Assembly: GCF_011745625.1 (NCBI RefSeq)
Contig: NW_027191455.1
Span: 558,001 to 622,000, forward strand
Source of the DNA: Cladosporium halotolerans
Lineage: Eukaryota
DNA: 64,000 nucleotides
Reading direction: 5' to 3'
Shown here: piece after piece, positions 24,713-37,606 of the stretch
Layout: each line of letters begins with the position of its first letter
Numbering within the stretch: position 1 is the first letter of the stretch
The notes under the pieces: generated by a model
Databases searched by the model: none
What the model was told of the DNA's origin: nothing
Seen by the model: the letters and a program-made list of their open reading frames with translations, nothing else
Position numbers and translations under genes: made by a program

Positions 24713-27598
24713 CTACTCTAAATTCTCAGGAAACAGCCTCCCAAACACAACCTCAACGACATCCACCACAAGCCCTTTGTTAACCCAAGCATCCGCAAAC
24801 AACAACTCCAGCTCCCCCTCCACCTCGGCGCACATCGCCTCCACATCGCTCGTCGCGAAATAAACCTTGCGCACGACGGGCGGCACGACCCCGACGATCG
24901 CGCGCGCGCACTCGCGGCGGATGGCAGCCGCTTCAGTGGCGTCGGGCGGGCTGCGCGGCGCGCCGAGCGCGTTGGACGGGAAGAGGGCGGCGCGCGCGGC
25001 GTGCAGGGCGGGCGCCAGGTGGGACGGGGAGAGGGCGTGGGCGTGGAGGGTCGTGGAGAGGAGTCTGGATGGGGGCGGAGGCGTTAGCGTTTGTCTTCAA
25101 TTTTTTCTTTTTGGGCTTTGTTCTTGGGGTTGCGGTCGGGGCAGCGCCCGTGGGACGGGATGTGTGGGCGAGGTGAGGCGGCATGCCGGCCGGCCGAGCA
25201 GGCATGGAATGGCATGGGCATGTAACGTGAGCGCTCGCATATGCGAGGCGAGGCTGCGGGTGCGGGTGTGAAGGATGGAGGCTAGGGGATTGCGACCGGG
25301 AGGGGAAGGGAAGGGGAGTGGTGGAGGGATGGTCGGGGGCAGAATGTGCGGTTTGGCGACTCGCGAGCGGCGAGCAGGGGTTGCGGTTCCTCAAGACGAA
25401 CTGGCGTGCTTCCTTCTGGCATTCCGATAGTGGAAATCGATAGGACGGCGGAGATGCAGCACGCTGCCTGCCGGAATTGTTTGTTGGTCCACGACGAGGC
25501 CCTGACGTCGGATATCGACTCGTCAGGCTCGCGCCTCCCTTCACCCTGGATCCTTGCAGAAATCGGCGTTTGGGTTTGGGCCGCACGAAGGGCCGCTTTG
25601 CCGCCACGGGAAGGGCGATTGGCACCGGTGGTCCGCCTGGCCCGAACCTTGAGGTACGTGCATCGCCATGCCATGCAAGTCTCTATGCGACGTCTTCATG
25701 GGCAGTGCGTGCCGTTGGTGTGGTGGTGGTATCGGCGAAAGCGTAGTGCTGCCCAACAGCTGAGCTGCGTCGGCTGTGATTTGTCCATGATCCTTGGCTA
25801 GTCGAGTACCCGCTGTGTTGGTTACGAGGTTTCAGCAGGAAACGCCGCAGCGTGGCACAGCCCTTCAAGGCCATGCGTTGCGCATGAAGCTAGCAGCTGT
25901 CGGCTGCGGGGTTCGATCGTAGTCGCAATCAGCCGGCTGATGAGAGCCACTAAACGCCATCATGCACGTCGATAAGACACGGCTGAGCAAGGGGCGGGCC
26001 GTCACATCAGGGCATTGGCGGAATCGAAGTCATATGACTTGTAGCGCATGCGGTCGCCCGTCCATGCATGCCAGGTAGCTTTGCAGGGACAGCGAATGGT
26101 CGCGACTGATGCTCCTTATGTATACCTGAGTGGTGGGCGTTGTGGGCCTGTTCGGGCTTGTTGCACGAGCGAAACGAAGGAGTGCTGACTGGGGTGTGTT
26201 GAGCGGTTGAAAGAAACGTGCTTGCTTACCTGTCCAATCTGCTGTCTGTGCAACACAGCTGTCCGGGGCCAACTAGCAGCAGCCACTGCATCAATGACAG
26301 CATGCCTGTCAGCCATGGCATGCGCTCCTGAAGACGTGTGATCGTTGAGAGGCAAGTCCAGACCATCATGCCCAGAATCGGCACCTTGCGCGAATCTGAC
26401 GATAGATGATGCAGATCCGGACTGCTCCAGCCGGCCTCGTCGCCGACAATGTCATGTGAAGGGAGGCCCTCCATCTTAGCTTCTCGTTGACGGCCCGATC
26501 GTGCAGGTGAAGACGAAGCATGCATGAGAGCTACAACCCACGAGCGCAGTACAAGCCATACGAGCCACGCGGATTGCATCAGGGTCCAAAACGTAGTGCT
26601 TAGTCTTTCGAGTCGGCTGTACTCAGGCTGTTGGCTGGACGGGTCCGTCGTTTCGCCTTTCTCAGATAGCAATCCAAACTGCGCAAGACGATGACCTTGC
26701 GGCTGATCTGCGTCTGGGGGCGACGGGACAAGATCGGGGCGGATGGTGTATATCACTTTTGTGATACCTTCCCAGATGAGCCAGCCCTCACACGCCTTGC
26801 CGCATACTCCATTGTGGAATATCATTTCAGACAAGATCTCAGAGACCAGGACTTGGAGACAGGGATTCTGGTGTTCCTCTTGGGGCAAAAGGAGTGACAA
26901 AGCACGGTTCACCACCATTTGACACCAGGCGCTTTCGTTCTCCTGTTGGTCTGCGAGTTGCTCCGGGGAGTTCGGAACTGGAGACAATGCAGGATGCGGT
27001 CGCAGATTGTGATATAAGATGCGGTTGGTCCTCCCAGGATTGGAATGCTGCACACCTCGAGATGCGATCCGAACGGCTACGCTGTGCATTAGTCAAGTCT
27101 GAAGGGGTTATTTGAGGCTCTAGACTGACCATCGATATGCTCGGCAAGCAGTCCTGGCAGCTCTTCGAACACGAGGTGTTCCATGTCGACATTTCTGAGA
27201 CGCTGTTCCAGACCGCGGGTGCAATGAGCAATGATCTGCACGACATTGGCGACGAAATCCTGGTCTGGCGTAATCTTGTTGTACCAGCTCTGGACGAACA
27301 AGTTCAAAACCACGGCTATTAGGGCATAAAGCTGCACGTCGATTTCATTGGAGCTGGTGAGAGGCGGAAGGAGTTCCTCAAGAGGTTTTGAATCAACATC
27401 GTCCGCGGCGTCTGCACTGGATCCGGTCGCGTTGAGCTGCTTGCAAAACGTACGCTTGATGTAGCTGACCGTCGCCTCGTCTGGGGCTTTGCGCACTGGA
27501 CCATGCTGCTGGTCTGGCTTCTCGCCACGACCGACGAGTGTGGCAAATCTGCTTGCCTGGCGAGCGTGCCTGGCTGGCCGCCGCGCGCCTTGAGCCAT
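24713..27598 (-). CDS. PXA-domain (sorting-nexin-associated) protein; exons 27598-27130, 27076-26230, 25064-24713
   Basis: LLPPLTSSNEIDVQLYALIAVV..FVQSWYNKITPDQDFV and PHPAL...ENESAWCQ...LLP.EE.QNPCL.VLVSEI (PXA). The last exon (RLLSTT...RAALFPSNALG...FADAWVNKGLVVDVVEVVFGRLFPE*) joins in frame via AG|A and resembles a nexin C-terminal segment. Confidence 0.8.
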
Positions 27599-28481
27599 GC
27601 TTCAGCGGGTCGCTCGCATGTTATCCGCGCACCTTGTTTGGATAACGAGATCCGGAGAGCGCTTGGGTCGGTGTACTCACGTGGTTTGCCAAACCTCAGG
27701 CGTCAACAGCAAGCGACGGAAGAGCGGCCGTACCCGCAGAAGGCTCGCCTTGGCGCGATTGCGTGCTCGCCAGGCGAGGTGGTCGTTGCTATTTCCAGGC
27801 AGAAAGTGCCTGATACACCTCAGATCGCCCTCTGGACGTCTATACCATTGCCATACCGTTGCCCGTTTTTCGCGGCTTTACCTGACACCCACGGTGCCAA
27901 CCATCGCGACGCATACTGCTGCTTCACTGGCCACGTAACACTTTTCCGATCAGGGCCTAGCCTCTACCCGAACGAGCAAACTGCCGCACCCCAATGCTCT
28001 GCTTGCCCAACGTGCGCCCTCCTCCGCAGCCTGGTGACTTCTCGGTTATCTGCTGTCTTAATGGCGCTGCTGGTTTGTGAGCGGAAAGGGCCGGCTGGAG
28101 GCGGTAAAGATGCGTATCACGAGTAGGATGGCAGCATGCCACCATGCACCGAGAGCTCAAAGGCAGGGCATATCATCAGGAAGGTGAGGTATTTCTCGTG
28201 AGGTGTTTTTTGTCTCACAACCTTTTGCTCTGCCTGCTCCAAACGTTGTTTGCAGCGCTCCTCCAAACCCACAAATCATGTTGCCCAGGCTTGCTCTCCG
28301 TGGCAAATGCCATCTGGCTCCGCTGCCGCGATCCACCCTCTCGGACCGTTTTATAGGTCGGCGACATCATCTCACTGTGTCCACCTGTTGCCCTACCCCA
28401 TATTATTTCTCCCTCCTCCGCCATTCCTCCCACCTTGCAACTTGCCAACATTCACTACACTCTCAAATCCCAATCCAATCC

Positions 28482-29269
28482 ATGATGCAAGCCACCAAGC
28501 CCCGCGACTCCACACGTCCGTCGCCGGAGCCTGCTGGCAGCTTTGACGGCCTCGTTGCTTCGATTAATAAGATCCTGGGGCCTAGCAACGGCATCGATAG
28601 CGCCGGCGTCAACGTGGAAGACATTCAGAATGCCATGCGTGCATATTCATCACGAGAAACCGACTGGGCCAACTACGCCCTTGCCGACTCCAGCCGGGCC
28701 TACACTCGCAACCTTGTAGACAACTGCAACGGCAAGTCTAACTTGCTGATTCTGGTCTGGAATCCAGGCAAAGGCAGTCCGATTCACGATCACGCCAATG
28801 CCCACTGCGTCATGAAAGTATTGAAGGGCACTTTGAGGGAGACGCTGTACGGCTGGCCTTGTCAACGCGCAGATAATCCCGTTGCGTGCGCTCGAGGCTC
28901 GCAACCATCCGATCCCGACTGTCCCAGCGCAGAGCACACTTGCTCCGCTGGCCCGGGACCGCTAGAGCCTGCTGCACTGCAAATACAGAGGGATACTGCA
29001 TACGGCCTGGACCAAGTGACCTACATGAGCGACAAGCTAGGCCTCCACCGCATCATGAATCCCAGCGACTCTGAAGTCGCTGTAAGCTTGCACCTGTATA
29101 CAGTATGTAACATGTTCTGTGCTCTTGAACCACTGTCTTGTCGAGACTAACAACCATCCAGCCACCCAACGCGGCAAAACACGGCTGCCACATTTTCGAT
29201 CCATCGACAGGCAAGAAGAGCCACGTTAGTCAATGTGGCTGGTACTCCGAGTTTGGCGTGAAGGTGTGA
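28482..29269 (+). CDS. CDO1: Cysteine dioxygenase (intron ~29103-29161)
   Basis: YTRNLVD, SPIHDHANAHCVMKVL, GLHRI, SLHLYT|PP: 3-His cupin with the Cys/Tyr crosslink residues. Confidence 0.92.
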
Positions 29270-29695
29270 TTGCGAGGGACGATGGCAATGAAACCTAATG
29301 ACATGAGCATATCCATTTCCTGAACGGCGTTTGTAGCGGCGGCGTTATTGCAGGAAGTGCCTCTCGGTGCTTCAACGGCCGAAGCACGCGGGCAATCGGC
29401 GCAAACGGCATCTAAAACTTTGTACTTCGTCTATTATCTTTGCTTCTCCTATTAAAGAATTCAACACCATTCTCGTCGTGGCGTTGTGAGGGCGTGGAGC
29501 AAGAAGAACACGTCCGCAGCTCCTACAAAAATCCAAAACTTTGCTCCCCTCAATCACGCAATACGCATCGAAAATTGCATCTTCAAACTTCGGAACCCGG
29601 GAGAAATTGAACGTCACACTTTTGTGGGTATGAACAAATATATTATTGATCGCATTGACAGAATGTACATTACTGTAGTGAAGCATGACACGCGG

Positions 29696-32600
29696 CTAAG
29701 AGCCGGAAAAGCCTATGTTGGCTCGGTTGTCGTCGATCACCCTTCCGTACCTACAGATATAACAGTCAGCATTCAGACACATCGATTAATGCAAGAACAA
29801 GACAGGCGGCAACTCACTCTAGCAATAGACGGAAGAACCAGACCTCAAAGTCCTCGTTCCTCAGCGCTTTCTTCGCCCAGTCTCTGCCGGCCTCGGCCAT
29901 TCTCACACCTTGGGCTTTGCCCTCATCCTCACCTGCAAAGTACCGCACGGCTTCCAAGCCTTCCTCGCCACGTAGTGAGAGCGGGATGTAGTGCACCCAC
30001 GGCTTGATCCACTCCTCGTGCCACTCACGGAAGACGGCCATCTTGAACGTCAAGCTGTGCGACTCCAGAAAGGCGTAGAAGCGGCCGGAGAAGGCGTTGC
30101 CGTCGATGTCGAGCAGGTACTTGTACCGCCAGGCATCCTGCTGGTTGGCCGGGTCGACGATGTCGAAGAACTCACGCTGTGCGTCGCAGTCGCCCGGGTC
30201 GCATTGTCCAATGTGCGAGAAGTGCACGTCCATGATCTCCTTGTAGTCCTGGCGGGGCACTTCGCGCGTCTGCCACTCCGGCGGCGCGGTCGAGGAGTCT
30301 TTGTTGGCGTTCGCGAGGACTTTGGCCTGGTCCGGCGCGTTCATCTTGCGCACGAAGTGCTGCCGATGCTGTCTGCGCCAGCCGCCGTCGCGGCTGAATC
30401 CGCCGGTCGTGCTGCCGCGCCACCAGAGTTTGCTTTCCTTTTCTTGCCATTCCATGTCGCGGTGTTCCTCGTAGGAGACTTTGCCGTACCAGTACCACGG
30501 GCTTGGGTAGAGGATGTCCTGAAAGCTGCTCATTTTGCTCTGGCTGAAGATGGGGATGAGTTCGTGGACGACGTTGAAAGCATTTGGACGGTCGAAGAAG
30601 CCGTGCGTTTTGGAGAAAGATGGCGAGTTGCACACGTCTGAGAAGGCGGTTTGATTGTAGACGAAGCCGAGATCGCCAAGGGCGTAAGCGGTGAGATTGT
30701 CGAAAGATTCAGAATCATCAAGCACAGCCCGCGCTGGACTGTCAGGAGAGCAAGACATCCGTGAAGGAATCCAAACGGGCTGGTGAGCAAAGACGTTGAA
30801 CCGTGTGGTCTTGACCTCGGCGATGCGTTGGCCGTTGTTCAAGTCTTTCGGACGCGGCGAGAAGGCGTTGTTGAGCGCAGTGTTGCCAAAAGCTGCAGGC
30901 ATACTTTCGGTTTTGGCGGTTTGAATGAATTTGGACAGCGCATCGTGCGGTACGACGACTCTAGGCTCGTCGTGGATGTTGAAGGCCAGATCCATATCTG
31001 GCAGGTACTGGACGAATTTTTCCATCATGCCGACAGTAGCCTCCTGTTGCCATTCCTGCCCATTCTCGATGTGCACAGCTTTGCCGTCACGGATGAGGAG
31101 GCCGATCAAGTTGTTGGGTCCAAAGCCAAGAGCCTCTTTCACACGTCCTCTTATTGTCGCTGGTGAGAGCGCCCAGAAAGGGAGCAGCGAATGGTAGATC
31201 GAGTCGTATTCGTCAATCAGTTGCACGTTTCGCTCTTTCGCAAAAGCATACCATTTGTCGAAATGTGGCGGCGGAGGAATCTGATATCGGCGTCTATATT
31301 CCGCGACTGCGGCTTCCAGGCTCTTAGACTGGGAGCCAAGTGTTTGCATCCAAGACTCTTCAGAGGAACGAATGAGCTGATCCACAGGATGCGACTTGGT
31401 GTCCGTGTATTGTACGGGTTGCAGCGGTTGTGGTGCCGGGCCCATGGACACGCCGTCGACAGGTCCAGCCCTCAGACCAGGCGCGACCGGGATAATGACA
31501 GACTGGCGAAGATGCATAATAGCCAGGGCAAAGAAGGAAAGTACGGTGATCAAAGTGAGGAGTTTCGAGGCTCGCATCATCTTCCTTGATCCGAACGTGT
31601 CCGTCTCGTCTAAGAACACGAAGGCAGATGCTGCAGACAGAATAGCAAACCATAGCCTGCCCATAGAGAAACCGACAATCAGCTGTGAGCAAGCGGCAGC
31701 AGCCAAAGGGATGAGGCTGGTCATGAACGCGCCCTGCCTCGTAATCTATGATCCGCGATGTTAGCAAGATGGCGGATCCCAGCAGGTGCGGTTTTTGCAA
31801 GGAAGGCGCCAGGCGCTCGAGCTTCGACGCATGGCTCTTTCTCCGTAAGAGGTATAATGAGGACAGACCTTCACTTACCATTAACAACAACGAAGAGTAC
31901 ACAACAACATGCATCAACACAGCGCCAACCGCCACCGCGAACGCCAGGTAGCCGTGGCGCGACGCCCAATTACCGCTCATGGACTGACCTGCCCACCCGT
32001 GATACGCAAGCCCGCCAAAACGCCAGCTCTCAAGCATGGCAGACGCAGCCATCGTAGCACCGGCCGCGGCCGCGCACGCGTCGCGTATTATATCCGCTGT
32101 GCTACTCCCTCCACTACGCTCAGCATCCTCGGGCTGTGCTAGAAAGCCGTTGGCGGAATAGATCACGCTGCTGCCATTGCTGCGCGACTGCTGCGCAAGT
32201 CCTCTAGCACGCTCGACGAGCAAAATGCCAGCAGCAGTCACGAGCGCATACGACAGCCCGAGAGCGATTCGAGTATTCGAGCCTACAGACGCAGACAACA
32301 CGGCTAGCGCTGTCGCCGTCAGAGTGAGCAGCGACGTCTTGGAACCAGCGACAGGCGCCGGCGCCGGCTTGTCCAGCGAACCAGCATGATCTCCTGAGCC
32401 GGTCTCATTCACAGACAAGACCGAGCCAGAAGCGAAATGTACAATGATCGGAAGCAGAGCCTACGTAAAGTCTCAGCCGGTGCTCTTATCCTATAGCCTC
32501 CAGGGTGTCAAAGAACCTTAGCCCACCATATTGCCCTCCCATCAACCGCCTTGTCGCACACCTGCGCCAGCGCAAACAGTGCGCCCGCCGCCCATGCTGT

Positions 32601-32816
32601 CTTCTTCGCAGGTGTTACATCGAGCAAGCTCTTTGCGCCGGTCTTAAGGGAGAATAGAATACATGTGAAGAACCATGCGAAGGCACTGGTGAGGAGAGAG
32701 TGCTTGCTCGGAGTTCCGATGTTGGCGATCAAGGATGCGACAAAAAGAAGCGCTGGAAGCGCTACACGCGACCGAGAAGAAGCATCGGGCTGCAAGCGTA
32801 ATAGCGGCGAGGGCAT
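29696..32816 (-). CDS. CAP10-like glycosyltransferase family 90 with N-terminal TM region (4 exons)
   Basis: AEYRRRY..PPPP.FDKWY, LPDMDLAFNIHDEPR, WWRGSTTGG, YKYLLDIDGNAFSGRF, PWVHYIPLS. Terminal exon E|YGRVIDDNRANIGFSGS* (29750-29696). Confidence 0.88.
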
Positions 32817-33244
32817 ATTATCGCTGGAACATTATTGTACAAGAATGGTCTCTCTAGACCGGATGTAAGCTGAGCGCTGGATATTGAGAGTTGGATAGGG
32901 GTGTACGCTTGATACCGGGCGTAGGGATCAGTACTGGGTGAAGAGCTCACTGATCTCCCTTCTAGTATCTTACCGACAGCCCAGGTGTTAATCTGGGCCG
33001 ACCACTCACCGACTGACACTGTAAAACGGTCTTTGTTCTTGCATGATGCAACTCACGCAACTAACATGCAGTGGCAGAATCACTTGTATTTACAGAGTCT
33101 AAAATATGTGCTGGCAAGCGTGAGCACTCAGAGGTGGTGGGATCTGTCGTCGGGCAATACCGTTTGGTTGTACGACTGGATGAGAGTGGACCATTCGGTC
33201 TTGTTGCACATTAGAGTAAGTATAATGTATGTACAGAACTCCGT

Positions 33245-34804
33245 TCAAAACTTGAACTCTCCTCGATCAGCAACCGCTCCGAGCACAGAGTCTCCCAACG
33301 ATTTCGCAACTGTCCTCAATCTCTGCTGTAACCATTGCCGCTGTGGCTCTGGGACATTCTCCGTACTGACAGCTACCGCGAGAGGCCAGGCCAAGAGGCC
33401 CGCCAGCTTCGGTGGTATGACAGACTCTCCATTAACGTCTTGTTTGCCCGCATTGAAGAAGAACGGGACATCGCGACACATTTCGGCGGAGATGGACTCC
33501 AGGTTCGCTCGCATCCGGTTTCGCTTCCAAATAAGATGTTCGTGGTCGGTGCTACTCTGCATGCGCATGGCAACGAACTTGATGAAGATGCTGTTGATTA
33601 TCAGGCGGAGGGCACGCTGGCGTAACCAAATGGAGGCATGGCCATGAGATGCGTATGAGTTGGAGGCTTCATGGTAGGTCATTAGGTCACCAAATTCTTC
33701 CGGTGTATTATCAAGAGTCGCACTGCGACCAGCTTCCCACTCTTCGGGGACGGAGTGCATCCAGTCGACAAGATCGTTTTCTAGCTCCTTCCCCGTATGA
33801 GCTAGATGTTCTAGATCAGGAACACTTGTCGGAAGAGCGGACGTGTCCTTCGAGAAGAACGCAAGTGTGCGCGATCGAAAGGCTGCTGTGCGGACCATGA
33901 AAGAGTCGATCTGTAGGGCAGGCCCGGTCTCTCCGAATTGCTCTCCATGTTGAAGCCAATCCGGAACAGTCTGGCCGCGTAAGATTGAGGCACGAACCTG
34001 AAATGGTGAGCAAATGTATTAAACACTTCAGCCTTATTGTTTGGAGCTCACAATTTGCCTTCGTACAACTCGATCGAGTGTCAAATTGCTCTTGTCAGCA
34101 CGCTCACGCCGCACCTTCATGAGCCCCACCGCGCCTTCGTAATGACAGAACACGTTCGTGAATCTCGACCCTACCGCATCATCTTGACGCACGGCCGTCT
34201 TGGAGGCGTCAACACTGTATCTAATGTTTTCAAAATATCCCATCATGATAGTTGTCAGAAGCAACGCATCCATAGTTTCGTTTGCTTGTCCGCAGACAGC
34301 TTGCTGTGTTCTGGCGAGACACTGCAGATACGATTTATCAGCCTTCGCCAATGCGTGTGGAATGTTTTGAGCTCTGGAAAATGTGGCTTGAGAAAGTGTC
34401 GAGACTGCGAGATGAAGACACGATCCAGGCTTTGCCGTGGTCCAATAGGGGATCACATGGGCTTGCCACTCGTGTGCTGCCTCGATGAGGTCCTCAGCCC
34501 GCGAAAGGTAGGAGGACGCCCAGTATTGGAGCGCATGTTCTGCAACAGGTACGGTAATTGCCACCTGGGGCGATTGCTTCGTGACGCCTAGAGAGATCGG
34601 CTTGTTGGCTTGAGAACCGCGCGGTCGCCTCGCCTTGCCCTGCGCAAAGGCATTTTCGGATTTGAAGTGGAAGCCCGCGAAATCGTTCGGGTTCCAGACG
34701 CATTCCCTATTAGATTTTTGACACTTGCTGCAGATCGGCTGAAGGCTGTCACACTTTATGCGGCGTTGCACGCATGTTCTGCAACCTCGGGCCGGGAAGA
34801 CCAT
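33245..34804 (-). CDS. Zn(II)2Cys6 transcription factor (intron 34051-33998)
   Basis: GCRTCVQRRIKCDSLQPICSKCQKSNREC binuclear cluster; the two ORFs join in frame at QI|VRASILRG. Confidence 0.9.
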
Positions 34805-35108
34805 GACGCTGTGGCTTGATGTATTGGAACCAGGATCGAGGTTGGCGGGGATGACGGCATTATTAAAGGCATGGAAATGCGATATGGCCTTATTAGTCGT
34901 ACATGTGCACCACTCCTTGGACGCTGCCGGGGGATGAGGTCGGGTGGGCGGACGTGGCGCTGAGTGTGGAGAACCATGTGGGAGCCGCTCGGTTGCAGCG
35001 CAACACGGCAACCCAGACTATCGACTCCTCATTTCCCGGGCTCTTTTAGGCGTCCAGACGAGCATAATCGCCACTAGTAGACTGGCTCGATAATCACAGA
35101 CATCGAAG

Positions 35109-35893
35109 ATGGCGTCAGAAAAGGTCTTCAATGCTCTTAAGCGCTTCTCCACCTGCGATGTACGAGGCCTCAACTTGCTATCAGTCGCTACCGTTCGAGC
35201 TAACATCTCGCATAGATCGGCGACGCTCTCGTGAAGCTGAATGTCCCATACGGCGGTTATCTGCATGGTCTCAAAATGTTCTCACCACTTCAGCAGGCCG
35301 GTGAAACCAAGATATTCGGTCCAGCGTACACAGTACAGCTGGTCGACGCAACCAACACCAGTGCTCCGAAGCCAGCCGGGCACTTTGCAGACAGCATCGA
35401 GAAAGATAGTGTTGTGTTCATCTCACAGCCAAAAGGGTTCTATTCTGCATGCTGGGGAGGGCTGATGAGCACGCGAGCGAAGTATCTCGGCGCGAAAGGC
35501 GTCGTGATTGATGGCTGCTTTCGCGATATCAACGAACACCGCGAGATGGAATTTCCTGTATGTATGTGTGGGCGCCCAATCGCTTCTTCCGCTAATCATT
35601 TCCTCCAGTTATTCGCCAAAACCTCTTCAAGTCTGGGAAACAACACGTTCACAAGAGCGTCCGCTCTGAACGTCCCTGTAGAATTCACTTCCCCTGAGCA
35701 GATCCGGCCATGTACGATCCATCCTGGTGATCTGATTGTGGCGGATGCCGACGGTGTCGTTGTAATCCCTCCCAGCAAGGCAGAAGAGTGCCTCGGGATA
35801 TGCGAAGAGCGCGCCAAAATCGACGAGCTGACCATGGAAGCATTGAGGAAGGGCGAGGAGATGGGCGCCACCCTGGCCAGACTGAGAAAATGA
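35109..35893 (+). CDS. RraA-like / HMG-aldolase (oxaloacetate decarboxylase) family protein (introns ~35160-35215, ~35558-35609)
   Basis: STCD|IGDAL, GPAYTV, ACWGGLMSTRAKYLGAKGVVIDGCFRDI, IHPGDLIVADADGVVVIP. Confidence 0.88.
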
Positions 35894-35945
35894 AAAAATG
35901 ATGGTCATGACTGACATGAATTCAATTTGGTAATTACTCAGTGGC

Positions 35946-37010
35946 CTACTCGGCAACTTTAACGACGACCTTCCCGAAATGGCCGCCGCTGTACAAATAC
36001 TTGAGAGCGTCTTTCGCCTCGTCAAACTTGAACGTGCGATCGATGACCGGGTGGATGTCATGCTTGCTGTAGAACTGCACCATCTCCTCAAACCTGTCCT
36101 TCGGGCCGTTAAGCATGCCCTTGAGAGTAACATTGCGACGGAGGGCAAGCACGTTCGTGTTTAGCCTGTCACCCGCCTCGTCTTCCTTGCCACTGAGATA
36201 GCCGATGCAGCTGATACAGCCACCAAAAGCAATGGAGTCGAAGCTCTTGCGAAGAGTCTTTGCAGCACCGCACTCGAAAATGATGTCGGCGCCAACATTG
36301 TTGGTGATGCGCATCACCTCATCCTGCCACTCGGGGTTGGAACGATAGTTGATGGTGAAATCCGCGCCCATGGACGTGGCCTTCTCGAGCTTCTCGTCAG
36401 AAGAAGATGTGACGATCGTCTTGAATCCGGCAGCGTGGGCGATCTGCAGCCCGGAGATAGAGACACCGCCAGTTCCCTGGAGAAGGACGAATTTGTCACC
36501 CGAGCTCGTCGCAGGTTGGTTCATGGGCTGCTGCCAGTTGATGGACATCCAGGCGGTGACGGCAGCAATCGGGAGACACGCCGCCTCCTCGTCAGAGAGG
36601 TGGTCCGGTGCGGCAACAAGTGCATTCGCGTCGAAATAGCGGTATTCGCTGAGGACACCGGGCAAGGGCAAGCCAAGGCCAGAAGTCATCCCTTCGGCGT
36701 TGATGACTCCAGTCAGATGCTTTTGGTTGAAGATGCTCATGACACGAGTACCGGTCTTGAGGGCGTCGTTACCGGCAACGACAGTGCCGCACATGTCCGA
36801 GCCTGGTACTAGAGCCTGGGGCTTGCCAATGGTCTTGTGGTGGTTGTACAAGCCCATGCACACCTCAGTGTCACGGTAGTTGAGGGACACGGCGTGGATC
36901 TTTACGAGGACCTGTCCATCTTGAGGGGCAGGAAGCTCGCCAGTTTCATAGTGAAGGTTGTCCAGTCCGTCCTGTTCAGTGGACCACTGCTTGATCTGCT
37001 GGGGTGGCAT
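35946..37010 (-). CDS. MDR-superfamily (zinc-type alcohol dehydrogenase-like) oxidoreductase
   Basis: VLVKIHAVSLNYRD, VPGSDMCGTV, AACLPIAAVTAW, QGTGGVS, HFGKVVV. Confidence 0.92.
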   Translation of the reverse strand: MPPQQIKQWSTEQDGLDNLHYETGELPAPQDGQVLVKIHAVSLNYRDTEVCMGLYNHHKTIGKPQALVPGSDMCGTVVAGNDALKTGTRVMSIFNQKHLTGVINAEGMTSGLGLPLPGVLSEYRYFDANALVAAPDHLSDEEAACLPIAAVTAWMSINWQQPMNQPATSSGDKFVLLQGTGGVSISGLQIAHAAGFKTIVTSSSDEKLEKATSMGADFTINYRSNPEWQDEVMRITNNVGADIIFECGAAKTLRKSFDSIAFGGCISCIGYLSGKEDEAGDRLNTNVLALRRNVTLKGMLNGPKDRFEEMVQFYSKHDIHPVIDRTFKFDEAKDALKYLYSGGHFGKVVVKVAE

Positions 37011-37606
37011 GATGCTGGTGTGTGCTTGAGGGCTTGACTTCCAATGTTCTGAATGTTGTATCTGTCAAGGAGGAAATGAACGGGTCTTCACCTACTCTTA
37101 TAAATCTGAGGGCATTGATGTTTCCTACACGATTACCAACATGTCAGGCACCTCACTTAGGCCAAGGTGGAAGTGCGGGTCTCGTCCGGCGTTTCAACGA
37201 GTGTGCGGCGAGCATGATATCAGTGCTTACCTAGCTTTTCTGCACTGCCTGAGGCCAACGCGGACGTTTGCCCGAGCTGGAGTCCACATCGTGATGGCAG
37301 CTGAGACGGACATGGCTCGGTGAGCTCGGATGCGGCTCCGCAGGCCTCAGGCAGCCAAAGCCAGCTCGCGGCAGATTGCCGTCCACGCCGTCATCGCCCA
37401 ACGGGCAACTCAGGCAGCCAACCCTGAGCGCGGATTACTGGGAGCGCGAATCGTGAACAGGAACGACTGCGCGTCTCCCAAACAACACGACACTGTTGCA
37501 TTTCGTTCATCTGGATCTGCCTTGTTCTGATCAGTTGTGACAGTTGCCGCATGGTCACGACCAAATCCCGCGAACCATCCAGTCTCTCCTCTCCTGCTCC
37601 CTCACC

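Noticed and set aside
25935..25960. CTGATGAG, hammerhead-core or C-box-like motif
   Set aside because: No stem II with GAAA and no suitably placed D box or terminal stem found.
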